Source: a virus
Taxonomy: Duplodnaviria; Caudoviricetes
Direction: 5' to 3' (one strand)
Length of the DNA stretch: 43,976 nucleotides
Virus record (IMG/VR): IMGVR_UViG_3300025943_000016
Span: 1 to 43,976 of that record
Of this stretch, positions 37,170 to 43,976 are shown one piece after another (within the stretch, counting starts at the first letter, position 1; each line of letters begins with the position of its first letter). A program made the position numbers and the translations under genes. A model generated the notes under the pieces. The model was not told the DNA's origin, ran no database searches, and saw only the letters and a list, made by a program, of their open reading frames with translations.

Positions 37170-37229
37170 GCAAAATTTATGCCAGCAAGCCGGGAACAAA
37201 GTTTATTTTGGTTTTTAATTTTAAATAAT

Positions 37230-37270
37230 AATTGTAAAATACTTTACAATTTATAATTATTGTGTATACT
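37230..37270 (+). promoter_or_regulatory. Promoter TTTACA-16 nt-TATACT with an inverted repeat over the -35 box
   Basis: AATTGTAAA-atac-TTTACAATT at 37230-37251; TATACT at 37265-37270 preceded by TGTG. Confidence 0.55.
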
Positions 37271-37276
37271 GTAAAT

Positions 37277-37774
37277 ATGGAGCATGTGAAATGGAAAAAG
37301 GAAAAAAGATGCATATACTGTCTATTTCCATTGATATTGTGTGTATTGTGTTTATTTGTATTGGTGCAACAAGTGCATTCACAGGATCAAACAAAGAACA
37401 AACTACAAAGCTTGAACAATCAATCGATGATAATTATAAACGAATTGAAACTAATTTATCAGGAATTGCAGAACAAATTGACGTTATCCAATCAACAACT
37501 AACAAACTACAAAATATTATTAAAGAATTACAGCGACAAACTACAGAGCTTGAATCAGGCTTTGACGATATACAAAAATTCTATCGGGATATTGGAACAG
37601 GACTACAAACAACTATTGACAAATTACAACAGCTTGAAAAGCTTAATAGAGAAACTGGAAAAGAAATTGAAAAACTATGATAAAGAAAAAATTATCACAT
37701 CAAGTATTAGCGCTATTATAGCGTTGATAGTTGGTTATATTGTAGGCTATTTAGTAAAACAGCTTACAATATAA
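37277..37774 (+). CDS. Signal/TM - coiled coil - C-terminal TM protein (spanin-like candidate, outer ORF)
   Basis: Hydrophobic N-terminus, long heptad repeat and C-terminal TM segment. Confidence 0.6.
   Translation: MEHVKWKKEKRCIYCLFPLILCVLCLFVLVQQVHSQDQTKNKLQSLNNQSMIIINELKLIYQELQNKLTLSNQQLTNYKILLKNYSDKLQSLNQALTIYKNSIGILEQDYKQLLTNYNSLKSLIEKLEKKLKNYDKEKIITSSISAIIALIVGYIVGYLVKQLTI
37291..37680 (+). CDS. N-terminal TM plus coiled-coil protein nested out of frame (spanin-like candidate, inner ORF)
   Basis: GGAG SD 8 nt upstream; TM segment then heptads; fully inside 37277-37774. Confidence 0.6.
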   Translation: MEKGKKMHILSISIDIVCIVFICIGATSAFTGSNKEQTTKLEQSIDDNYKRIETNLSGIAEQIDVIQSTTNKLQNIIKELQRQTTELESGFDDIQKFYRDIGTGLQTTIDKLQQLEKLNRETGKEIEKL

Positions 37775-37900
37775 ACTATAAAAAAGGAATATAATCATGA
37801 GTTTATTATTCTTGACATTATTTTTAGGATTATTTATTGATTACTTTGTGTGATTAGGTGCAGGCGCTGCCTGCCCTTATTCCCTTTAAAGGAGCTTATA

Positions 37901-38104
37901 ATGAGTGATACGGAAATACAGAGCAAAAAACAACTTGCTCTTTTAACTAATGAAATGATTGATAATGTTATTTCAACCTCGGATGAAGATATACTGAAAG
38001 AGGTTAAAGAGGACTATGGCAGCTCTGATTATGAAGCTAACAAAATGCGTGAAATAATAGCAAAGATGAAAATATTCGCAGCTATTGCGAATAAAAGGAT
38101 TTAG
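37901..38104 (+). CDS. Hypothetical protein
   Basis: AAGGAG SD before ATG 37901. Confidence 0.55.
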   Translation: MSDTEIQSKKQLALLTNEMIDNVISTSDEDILKEVKEDYGSSDYEANKMREIIAKMKIFAAIANKRI

Positions 38105-38321
38105 CATGGATGAACTATTTAATGTAAAGAATTTAAAGCAAATTAAATATGAACACGGTGGCAGCAGAATATATCTTGAATCTAATCATAAAAGAATTTT
38201 GCTATGTGATACCTTTAGCTACTTTGATACTTTTAGTAATTCAACAGAGGATAACAATAATCAGCGTGAGGAAATAAGGGAAGTCATATTTAATGCTATT
38301 AAAGAATATTTAGGGAAGTAA
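38085..38321 (+). CDS. Hypothetical protein
   Basis: Operon ORF. Confidence 0.55.
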   Translation: MRIKGFSMDELFNVKNLKQIKYEHGGSRIYLESNHKRILLCDTFSYFDTFSNSTEDNNNQREEIREVIFNAIKEYLGK

Positions 38322-38330
38322 AGGTAAATA

Positions 38331-38882
38331 ATGCAAACAATAAGAGAAATAGCGCAGAATGTTGTGAGAATGGAAGATGTCCAGCCCGGTTACCCTAATT
38401 GGCAAAGAATACAGGAATTAAAGAAAAAAAACATAAAACCCGCTTCCGGAATGATGAAAGGTGTTACATGGTGTAACAGGTTTGTTGATAGAGTTGCAAC
38501 TCTTGCAGGATATGACACATACCCTATGCTTGATGATAAGTATCATCATATAGGCTACACAAACGCAAATACTTGTTATAATCAATTATGTAAGGCGGTA
38601 GAAAATGGAACAATCCCGGTGGATGTTACTGCTGCGGTAGCACAAAGTTTAGCTAATATGAATATATTAGTTATAATGGCAGCACCTGGTAGATATCACG
38701 GTCATGTTGCTATTGTAATTAATGATAGAGTACCATATGATGAAAAGTTAGGTGTAAAGATCATACAGGCCGGTGGGCTTAATGGGGAGTTCTATGCAAA
38801 TAAAATATTTATTGCACCTTTTATTTATCCGGAAAGAATAAGATATTTCTTATTGAATAGGATAAAGAGCCTAAAAGAATGA
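38331..38882 (+). CDS. Putative endolysin, CHAP/NlpC-like Cys-His peptidase
   Basis: 'TWCNRFV' (catalytic Cys), 'GHVAIV' (catalytic His), 'IQAG'. Confidence 0.65.
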   Translation: MQTIREIAQNVVRMEDVQPGYPNWQRIQELKKKNIKPASGMMKGVTWCNRFVDRVATLAGYDTYPMLDDKYHHIGYTNANTCYNQLCKAVENGTIPVDVTAAVAQSLANMNILVIMAAPGRYHGHVAIVINDRVPYDEKLGVKIIQAGGLNGEFYANKIFIAPFIYPERIRYFLLNRIKSLKE

Positions 38883-38991
38883 CTTATTACGAATTACGCA
38901 ATCATTTTACAACTTATCATTTAGGCTATATAACAAAGAAAGGGCTTGTTATTATAATAAATAAATGGCAAGAGGAAGGAGCTAAAATAAA

Positions 38992-39528
38992 ATGACTAAA
39001 AATATAATGATTGACCTTGAGACTATGGGAACTAATTCATTCACACCTATCATTTCAATAGGCGCTGTATATTTCGATGAATATGGTATTGGTGAAAAGT
39101 TTTATACTAAAGTCTCATTAGACTCTTGCTTAAATTGCGGTATGAAAATTGATGCTGACTCTGTTATATGGTGGCTGCAGCAATCCGATGAAGCAAGAAA
39201 AGAGTTTAAATATAATTCTCAAGATAGGTGCATTCAAGATGCTTTAGCTATGTTTAAAGATTTTTATAAAGAGGATTCTTATGTCTGGGGTAATGGTGCG
39301 GATTTTGATATTGTAATATTGGCTAATGCATATAAAAGAGTTAATCTTCCTGTTCCCTGGAAATTTTATCATGTTTGTTGTTTTAGAACGATTAGAACGC
39401 TTTTTCCGGATATAGAGGCACAAGATTGTTCCGATTTGATTGCACATAACGCTTTACATGATGCTATAAATCAAGCAGCTTATGCTATTGAAGTTTTAAG
39501 GCTTTTAAAAAGAGTAGGTAATGAATGA
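38992..39528 (+). CDS. DEDDh 3'-5' exonuclease (RNase AS / exonuclease VIII-like)
   Basis: 'MIDLETMG', 'SIGAV.F', 'WW..Q', 'WGNGA.FD', 'HNAL.DA..QA'. Confidence 0.9.
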   Translation: MTKNIMIDLETMGTNSFTPIISIGAVYFDEYGIGEKFYTKVSLDSCLNCGMKIDADSVIWWLQQSDEARKEFKYNSQDRCIQDALAMFKDFYKEDSYVWGNGADFDIVILANAYKRVNLPVPWKFYHVCCFRTIRTLFPDIEAQDCSDLIAHNALHDAINQAAYAIEVLRLLKRVGNE

Positions 39529-40190
39529 GTGTTAGAATAAGCAATTCTTTGATATCTGCGGTTGATTGGTATTTAACAGCACCAAACACAGCACATAATA
39601 AAAAAGAGGGTGAAACCTGGAAATCAGATGCTTTAAACCAATTAAAGTCACTTATATTTAAGATGCCATTTATTGAATCGGAAGAGATGAAACATGGCCT
39701 TGTATTTGAAGAATTCCTTTATAAATGCGCTTTAAATAATAAACGCGGAAAAACAGAGCTTTTTAATAAAGTGCTTAATAATATAATAGGTGCACAGTAT
39801 CAAAAGTGGATGAAGCAATTACGGTTTGGAGTTACTTATGATATGAAAGGTTATAATATTGTAATGTCGGGAAAGATAGACGTTTTAAAAGAAGATAAAA
39901 TCATAGACATTAAAACAACTAACAGTTTTAATAAAGATAAATATACAAATAGCTGGCAGCATATAATTTATTGCATAGGTACTGGTCTGTTAAACTTTGA
40001 ATATCATGTGATTACATGGGGTAAGTACCCTACAATAAAGAGTTATGACATAGTGCCTTTTAATTGTAATAAGGATGACTTATACTATATTTATAAGCCT
40101 ATGTTGGAAAAGAAAATTGAAGAATGTTTAGCTGTTATTGACCAGTTAGGCTATCTAAAAGAATATTTATCCGGATTCTATTGTATTTAA
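39525..40190 (+). CDS. PD-(D/E)XK exonuclease (Cas4/RecB-like)
   Basis: 'G..FE...SGKID....IIDIKT...Q...Y'. Confidence 0.75.
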   Translation: MSVRISNSLISAVDWYLTAPNTAHNKKEGETWKSDALNQLKSLIFKMPFIESEEMKHGLVFEEFLYKCALNNKRGKTELFNKVLNNIIGAQYQKWMKQLRFGVTYDMKGYNIVMSGKIDVLKEDKIIDIKTTNSFNKDKYTNSWQHIIYCIGTGLLNFEYHVITWGKYPTIKSYDIVPFNCNKDDLYYIYKPMLEKKIEECLAVIDQLGYLKEYLSGFYCI

Positions 40191-40201
40191 AAGGGGTTGC
40201 A

Positions 40202-40531
40202 ATGGCAAATAAACAAGAGCGTATTTTCAGGGGACATAAATTTTTTACTGAAATAATTCATAATGAGGATGATAATAAGGATTATGAGTGCATGACAGTA
40301 GCGGATTTTGCAAAGGCAACAGGAAAACACGTTTCACAAGTACACTTATACATGAGAAAATTTCCTAATATTACACCTTTAAAAGTAATAAGAATTATAA
40401 ATAAGCCTTTTATACCTGTTAGTGAGCTGTGTGACTTTGTATTTACTACTAACAGCATAATGACTTATCGCTATAACGCGGCAGGGGAAAAAGTTTTTAC
40501 AGATAAAGGAATTGAAAAAATTGTTGAATAA
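40202..40531 (+). CDS. Putative HTH DNA-binding protein
   Basis: 'MTVADFAKATGKHVSQVHLY', an excisionase/MerR-like HTH pattern. Confidence 0.5.
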   Translation: MANKQERIFRGHKFFTEIIHNEDDNKDYECMTVADFAKATGKHVSQVHLYMRKFPNITPLKVIRIINKPFIPVSELCDFVFTTNSIMTYRYNAAGEKVFTDKGIEKIVE

Positions 40532-42131
40532 AATAGTTCCTTTACCCCGACAATATCAATATGATGCCTTTAATTATTTACAGTTAAAAAGATCTGCTGC
40601 TTTAGCTATGGAGCAGGGATTAGGTAAAACAAAAGTTTGTTTAATGTATGCGGAATATCTATACAATTTAGGTGTAACGGATAGGATTCTTGTTATATGT
40701 CCTAATAGTTTAAAGTATCAGTGGGTAGAGGATGAACCAAATACTCACCTGATAAATGATTTTAAAGGTATGTTCTGGGACAACTTCGTGACTAAAAAGA
40801 GAAAAAAGGAGTTTGATTGTTTCCTGTTGTATAAAGGCTTAAAGATATTTAGCGTTAACTACGAAGCATTTAGCAGTAATAGAGTTGATAAATATATCAT
40901 TCAATATTTAAAAGATAAGGAAGCGCTTATAGTATGCGATGAAAGCACAGAGATTAAAAATCCAAAGGCTTTAAGAACAATAAAAATATTAAGTAGATTC
41001 ATAAAAAGAAAATATAAAGTAATTTTATCCGGTACTTTATTAAATAATAGTCCTTTTGACCTATGGCCTCAATATGAATTTCTATATCCTAACTTTTGGG
41101 GTATGGATTATTCTATGTTTATATATCATCATGCTATGATGATCAAAAAAACTCACCCGGTAACTAATGCAGTGAAAAATGCTGTAATGACTGAATTTGA
41201 TTTTAATATAATAAAGAGTAGGCTTAATAAGATTATAAAAGATAAAGGAAGATTAACAGAGAAAGACTTTGAATATTTATCAGATATTCTATTTGTTAGG
41301 GAAAAAGATTTAATATCTATCCATGCTATGGGTAAGTTTACGCCATATAAAAACCTAACAGAGCTGCGTAATAAGATGTCAAAGGTTACGTTTTACTGTA
41401 AAAAAGAAGGTAACCTTGAACTACCGGAAAAGATTTATAATAAGCTGGAATGTGAATTAAACGCAGAGCAGAAACGACTAATAAAAGAGCTTAAAAGTGA
41501 CTTAATGACTCAATATGAAGATAAGACACTTACTTTAAAGAGTGTTATATGTTTGTTGTTAAGACAGCAAATGATAACTGGTGGATTATTCCCTTATGAA
41601 GATATTATCTTTGATTCCGATGGATACCCTATTGATAGCATAAAGGGTACAAACTATATTGATAATGTGGAGAAGTTTAATCTGTTTGAGGAATATATCG
41701 CCAGCGTAGGTGATGGTGATACGGTTATTGTATGGGCTATCTTTAAGTATGAGCTTTTGAAGTTGCATGAAATACTTTTAGATAATGGTAAAAGTGCTTA
41801 TCTTTATTATGGTGATACTCCGCATAATGAAAGACAAGAAATAATTGAAAACTTTAGACAGGGTAAAGCGCAGTATCTTGTAATAAATCCTGCTGTTGGT
41901 AAGTTTGGCCTTAATCTTCAAATTGCTAATCGTCAATTATTTTATAGTAACAGCTGGAAAGCAGATAACAGATTACAGGCGGAAGACCGTTCTCATAGGT
42001 TAGGACAAAAAAGAGCGGTTATATACACTGATGTTATTTGTCGTAACTCTGTTGATGAAAAGATTTTAAAAGCTCTAAAAAATAAAACAGATTTAATAAA
42101 TTATTTAAGAAGTAATCCGAAGGAGTTTTAA
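40512..42131 (+). CDS. SNF2-family helicase
   Basis: 'MEQGLGKT', 'CDES..IKNP', 'LSGT', 'GLNLQ', 'QAEDRSHRLGQ'. Confidence 0.93.
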   Translation: MKKLLNKIVPLPRQYQYDAFNYLQLKRSAALAMEQGLGKTKVCLMYAEYLYNLGVTDRILVICPNSLKYQWVEDEPNTHLINDFKGMFWDNFVTKKRKKEFDCFLLYKGLKIFSVNYEAFSSNRVDKYIIQYLKDKEALIVCDESTEIKNPKALRTIKILSRFIKRKYKVILSGTLLNNSPFDLWPQYEFLYPNFWGMDYSMFIYHHAMMIKKTHPVTNAVKNAVMTEFDFNIIKSRLNKIIKDKGRLTEKDFEYLSDILFVREKDLISIHAMGKFTPYKNLTELRNKMSKVTFYCKKEGNLELPEKIYNKLECELNAEQKRLIKELKSDLMTQYEDKTLTLKSVICLLLRQQMITGGLFPYEDIIFDSDGYPIDSIKGTNYIDNVEKFNLFEEYIASVGDGDTVIVWAIFKYELLKLHEILLDNGKSAYLYYGDTPHNERQEIIENFRQGKAQYLVINPAVGKFGLNLQIANRQLFYSNSWKADNRLQAEDRSHRLGQKRAVIYTDVICRNSVDEKILKALKNKTDLINYLRSNPKEF

Positions 42132-42665
42132 ATGAGCAATATATTTGATAAGTATACTAAAGATCAAACTATTGAAAATAAAGATTTACAAGATTTACAG
42201 TTTTTACTTAATAGGTTAAAAGACTGTGAACATAAGCTAAAAGTGCATGAGGAAAATGGAAAGTTTTTACAGAATGACCTTGAGCATATAAAAAGGAAAG
42301 CTATCCCGGAATTGTTTAACAAGATTGGTTTACAAAAAATAAACCTAACAACAGGGCAGCAGATTGAGGTAAAGAATGTTTTATATACGTCTATTGCTAA
42401 AGAAAAGGTCAAACAGTTATATAAAGAGCTTATATCTTTATACGGAATTGAATGTGAAGATTTGTTTAAAACGGAGCTTGTAATAAATGACGCTCCGGCA
42501 TTCGCTAAACAGCTGTTTATTGATAGTAAGATTCCCTACGATGAAGAAAAGACAATTCACTGGAAAACGTTAAACGCTTTTTGTAAAAAGCTTTTAGAGC
42601 AAGGTAAAAAAATACCAGACAGTGTTACGGTGTTTCAATATAAAGAAGCGGAGATAAAAGAATAA
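42132..42665 (+). CDS. Phage replication-module protein (coiled coil, 'IHWKTL.AF')
   Basis: Position between the SNF2 helicase and the SSB-like gene. Confidence 0.55.
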   Translation: MSNIFDKYTKDQTIENKDLQDLQFLLNRLKDCEHKLKVHEENGKFLQNDLEHIKRKAIPELFNKIGLQKINLTTGQQIEVKNVLYTSIAKEKVKQLYKELISLYGIECEDLFKTELVINDAPAFAKQLFIDSKIPYDEEKTIHWKTLNAFCKKLLEQGKKIPDSVTVFQYKEAEIKE

Positions 42666-42675
42666 AGGGGAGTAT

Positions 42676-42927
42676 ATGGTATTAAGATTTGAATTAACAG
42701 ATAATGATTTAAGGGAAATGGTTTATAAGCGCATAATTCATCAATTCGGTTTACCGGATGAATGCTTTAAAAAAGATGAAATTTTATTTATTTTGTCTAA
42801 TGAGGCAGGGGAATCTTTCAGCACAATAAGCGCTGTTGTTAGGTGCTCATTAGATAAAGATAAAGATAAAGATAAAGGTAAGAATAATAATCTTATGAAA
42901 ATACTTACAAAAGATGACTCTGAATAA
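42676..42927 (+). CDS. Hypothetical protein
   Basis: AAGGGGAG SD. Confidence 0.55.
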   Translation: MVLRFELTDNDLREMVYKRIIHQFGLPDECFKKDEILFILSNEAGESFSTISAVVRCSLDKDKDKDKGKNNNLMKILTKDDSE

Positions 42928-42974
42928 TATTAGAGTATAAATATAAATATTAAGATAAGGAGTTTAAAAACAGT

Positions 42975-43733
42975 ATGGAAGAGAAAGATTTAATCATACC
43001 GGGTAAAGAAGTGCTTGACTTATTTAACAAGCATAAAAAAGAATCAAGCGGTTTTGAAGGATTAACGCAAGATGCATTTAAAATGCCGTTCATCAAGATT
43101 CTTGAGGATTTATCTCCGGAGGTCAAGCATGGTGCTTTCCGCGTTGAAGGTGCACGGCCTGGAATGTTTTTTAATACGGCAACTCATGAGATATCAGAAA
43201 AGATTCAGGTTATTGTATTAAAAGTAAAACACTCATTGCTTGCCTGGGCACCTAAACGCGCGGGATTTAGAGGGGAGTTTGAAATAAGCCAGGAAAAGTC
43301 TATTGTTGTAAGTACAGAAAAAAATGGTTTTATTAAATATGATAAAGATAATAACCTAATACAGGATACATTAACATTCTTTTTATTAAATGCGAATGAT
43401 ATGCAGGCGCTGGCGGCTATGCCATTAGCAGTAACGCGCTTTAAAGACGGTCAAGCATTTAACAGCCGTTTGTTGTATTTAAAGTGCAATGGTGAATATG
43501 TTGGTGTAACCTGGGCGGCTGTATGGGAATTAGGGCTGGTGGAAAAAACAAATGACCAGGGCACTTGGAATATACTCGGGAATACCCCGGAGTTTATCCG
43601 TTTTGTAACAGAGGATGAAATAAACAAATTTATTCTGCCCGCTTTAGAAGGTATTAAAGACAGGGTGGTCAATTATAATGATTTAAGCCAGGAATCCGAA
43701 GGAGCTGGTGAAACAGAAAAAGAAGAATGGTAG
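42975..43733 (+). CDS. Putative single-stranded DNA-binding protein
   Basis: 'GFE.....D...PFIKIL..LSPE.....GA.PG.FFN', 'N..G.W', acidic C-terminal tail; precedes the primase. Confidence 0.6.
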   Translation: MEEKDLIIPGKEVLDLFNKHKKESSGFEGLTQDAFKMPFIKILEDLSPEVKHGAFRVEGARPGMFFNTATHEISEKIQVIVLKVKHSLLAWAPKRAGFRGEFEISQEKSIVVSTEKNGFIKYDKDNNLIQDTLTFFLLNANDMQALAAMPLAVTRFKDGQAFNSRLLYLKCNGEYVGVTWAAVWELGLVEKTNDQGTWNILGNTPEFIRFVTEDEINKFILPALEGIKDRVVNYNDLSQESEGAGETEKEEW

Positions 43734-43771
43734 AATTGTTGTTTTAATTATTGTTTATTTTCTTTTATTAC

Positions 43772-43791
43772 GCGCGCGATTAATCGCGCGC
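43772..43791. repeat. Perfect 20-bp GC-rich palindrome (terminator or protein-binding site)
   Basis: GCGCGCGATTAATCGCGCGC in AT-rich intergenic DNA. Confidence 0.8.
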
Positions 43792-43849
43792 TATTTATAA
43801 CTAATTAAGGGCAGCTATGACACTTAATGATGACACTATCAATATGTTT

Positions 43850-43976
43850 ATGACTTTGTTTGATGGTAATAAAGATTTTTACGGGGAGTATATAGCAGGT
43901 GAAAAGAATACAGAAGGAAAAGAAAAGGGAGCTTGTTCTACTATAAAACAACCGGTGACCTTTGAACTATATAAAG
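43850..43976. repeat. Terminal overlap identical to 1-127
   Basis: Direct comparison. Confidence 0.95.

Noticed and set aside
42852-42876. GATAAA tandem repeat (DKDKDKDK)
   Set aside because: A short in-frame microsatellite in a low-complexity tail; the 6-nt unit cannot cause phase variation.
43850-43976. 127-nt terminal direct repeat as a biological DTR
   Set aside because: The length equals a common assembler k-mer, it cuts through the primase ORF, and gpA-type terminases imply cos ends. It is best read as a circular-assembly overlap.
1-43976. Stop-codon reassignment, tRNA genes or introns
   Set aside because: Core genes are full length in the standard code, all three stop codons are used, and I noticed no tRNA cloverleaf or split gene.

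Overview
The window is an apparently complete, circularly assembled genome (about 43.85 kb plus a 127-nt end overlap) of an AT-rich tailed phage with siphovirus-like, lambda-type morphogenesis genes. The - strand (9667-27364) carries the virion module: small and gpA-like large terminase, gpW-like protein, portal, ClpP protease, decoration protein, capsid, neck, tail tube, chaperones, tape measure and tail tip. The + strand (29470 through the end, wrapping to 9680) carries many small early genes, dispersed lysis genes and a replication module: exonucleases, SNF2 helicase, SSB-like protein, primase, HNH endonuclease, HD hydrolase, UvrD helicase, deaminase-like protein, PolA, nuclease and DNA methyltransferase. 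I saw no integrase, repressor, tRNA or CRISPR array. The most notable observations are: (1) a type-P1 twister self-cleaving ribozyme in the early operon whose 3' end overlaps the next gene's ribosome-binding site; (2) a covarying RNA structure with an A / AAAUAA(A) internal loop at the predicted +1 of three early sigma70 promoters; (3) a stand-alone DUF3780 gene, normally a subunit of a bacterial restriction-like defence system, next to the putative cos end; (4) a fully nested, out-of-frame pair of membrane-anchored coiled-coil genes; (5) a repeat- and palindrome-rich non-coding control region; (6) an HD nucleotidase and a degenerate dCMP deaminase next to PolA. All calls come from reading the sequence and motifs by eye; no database searches were run.
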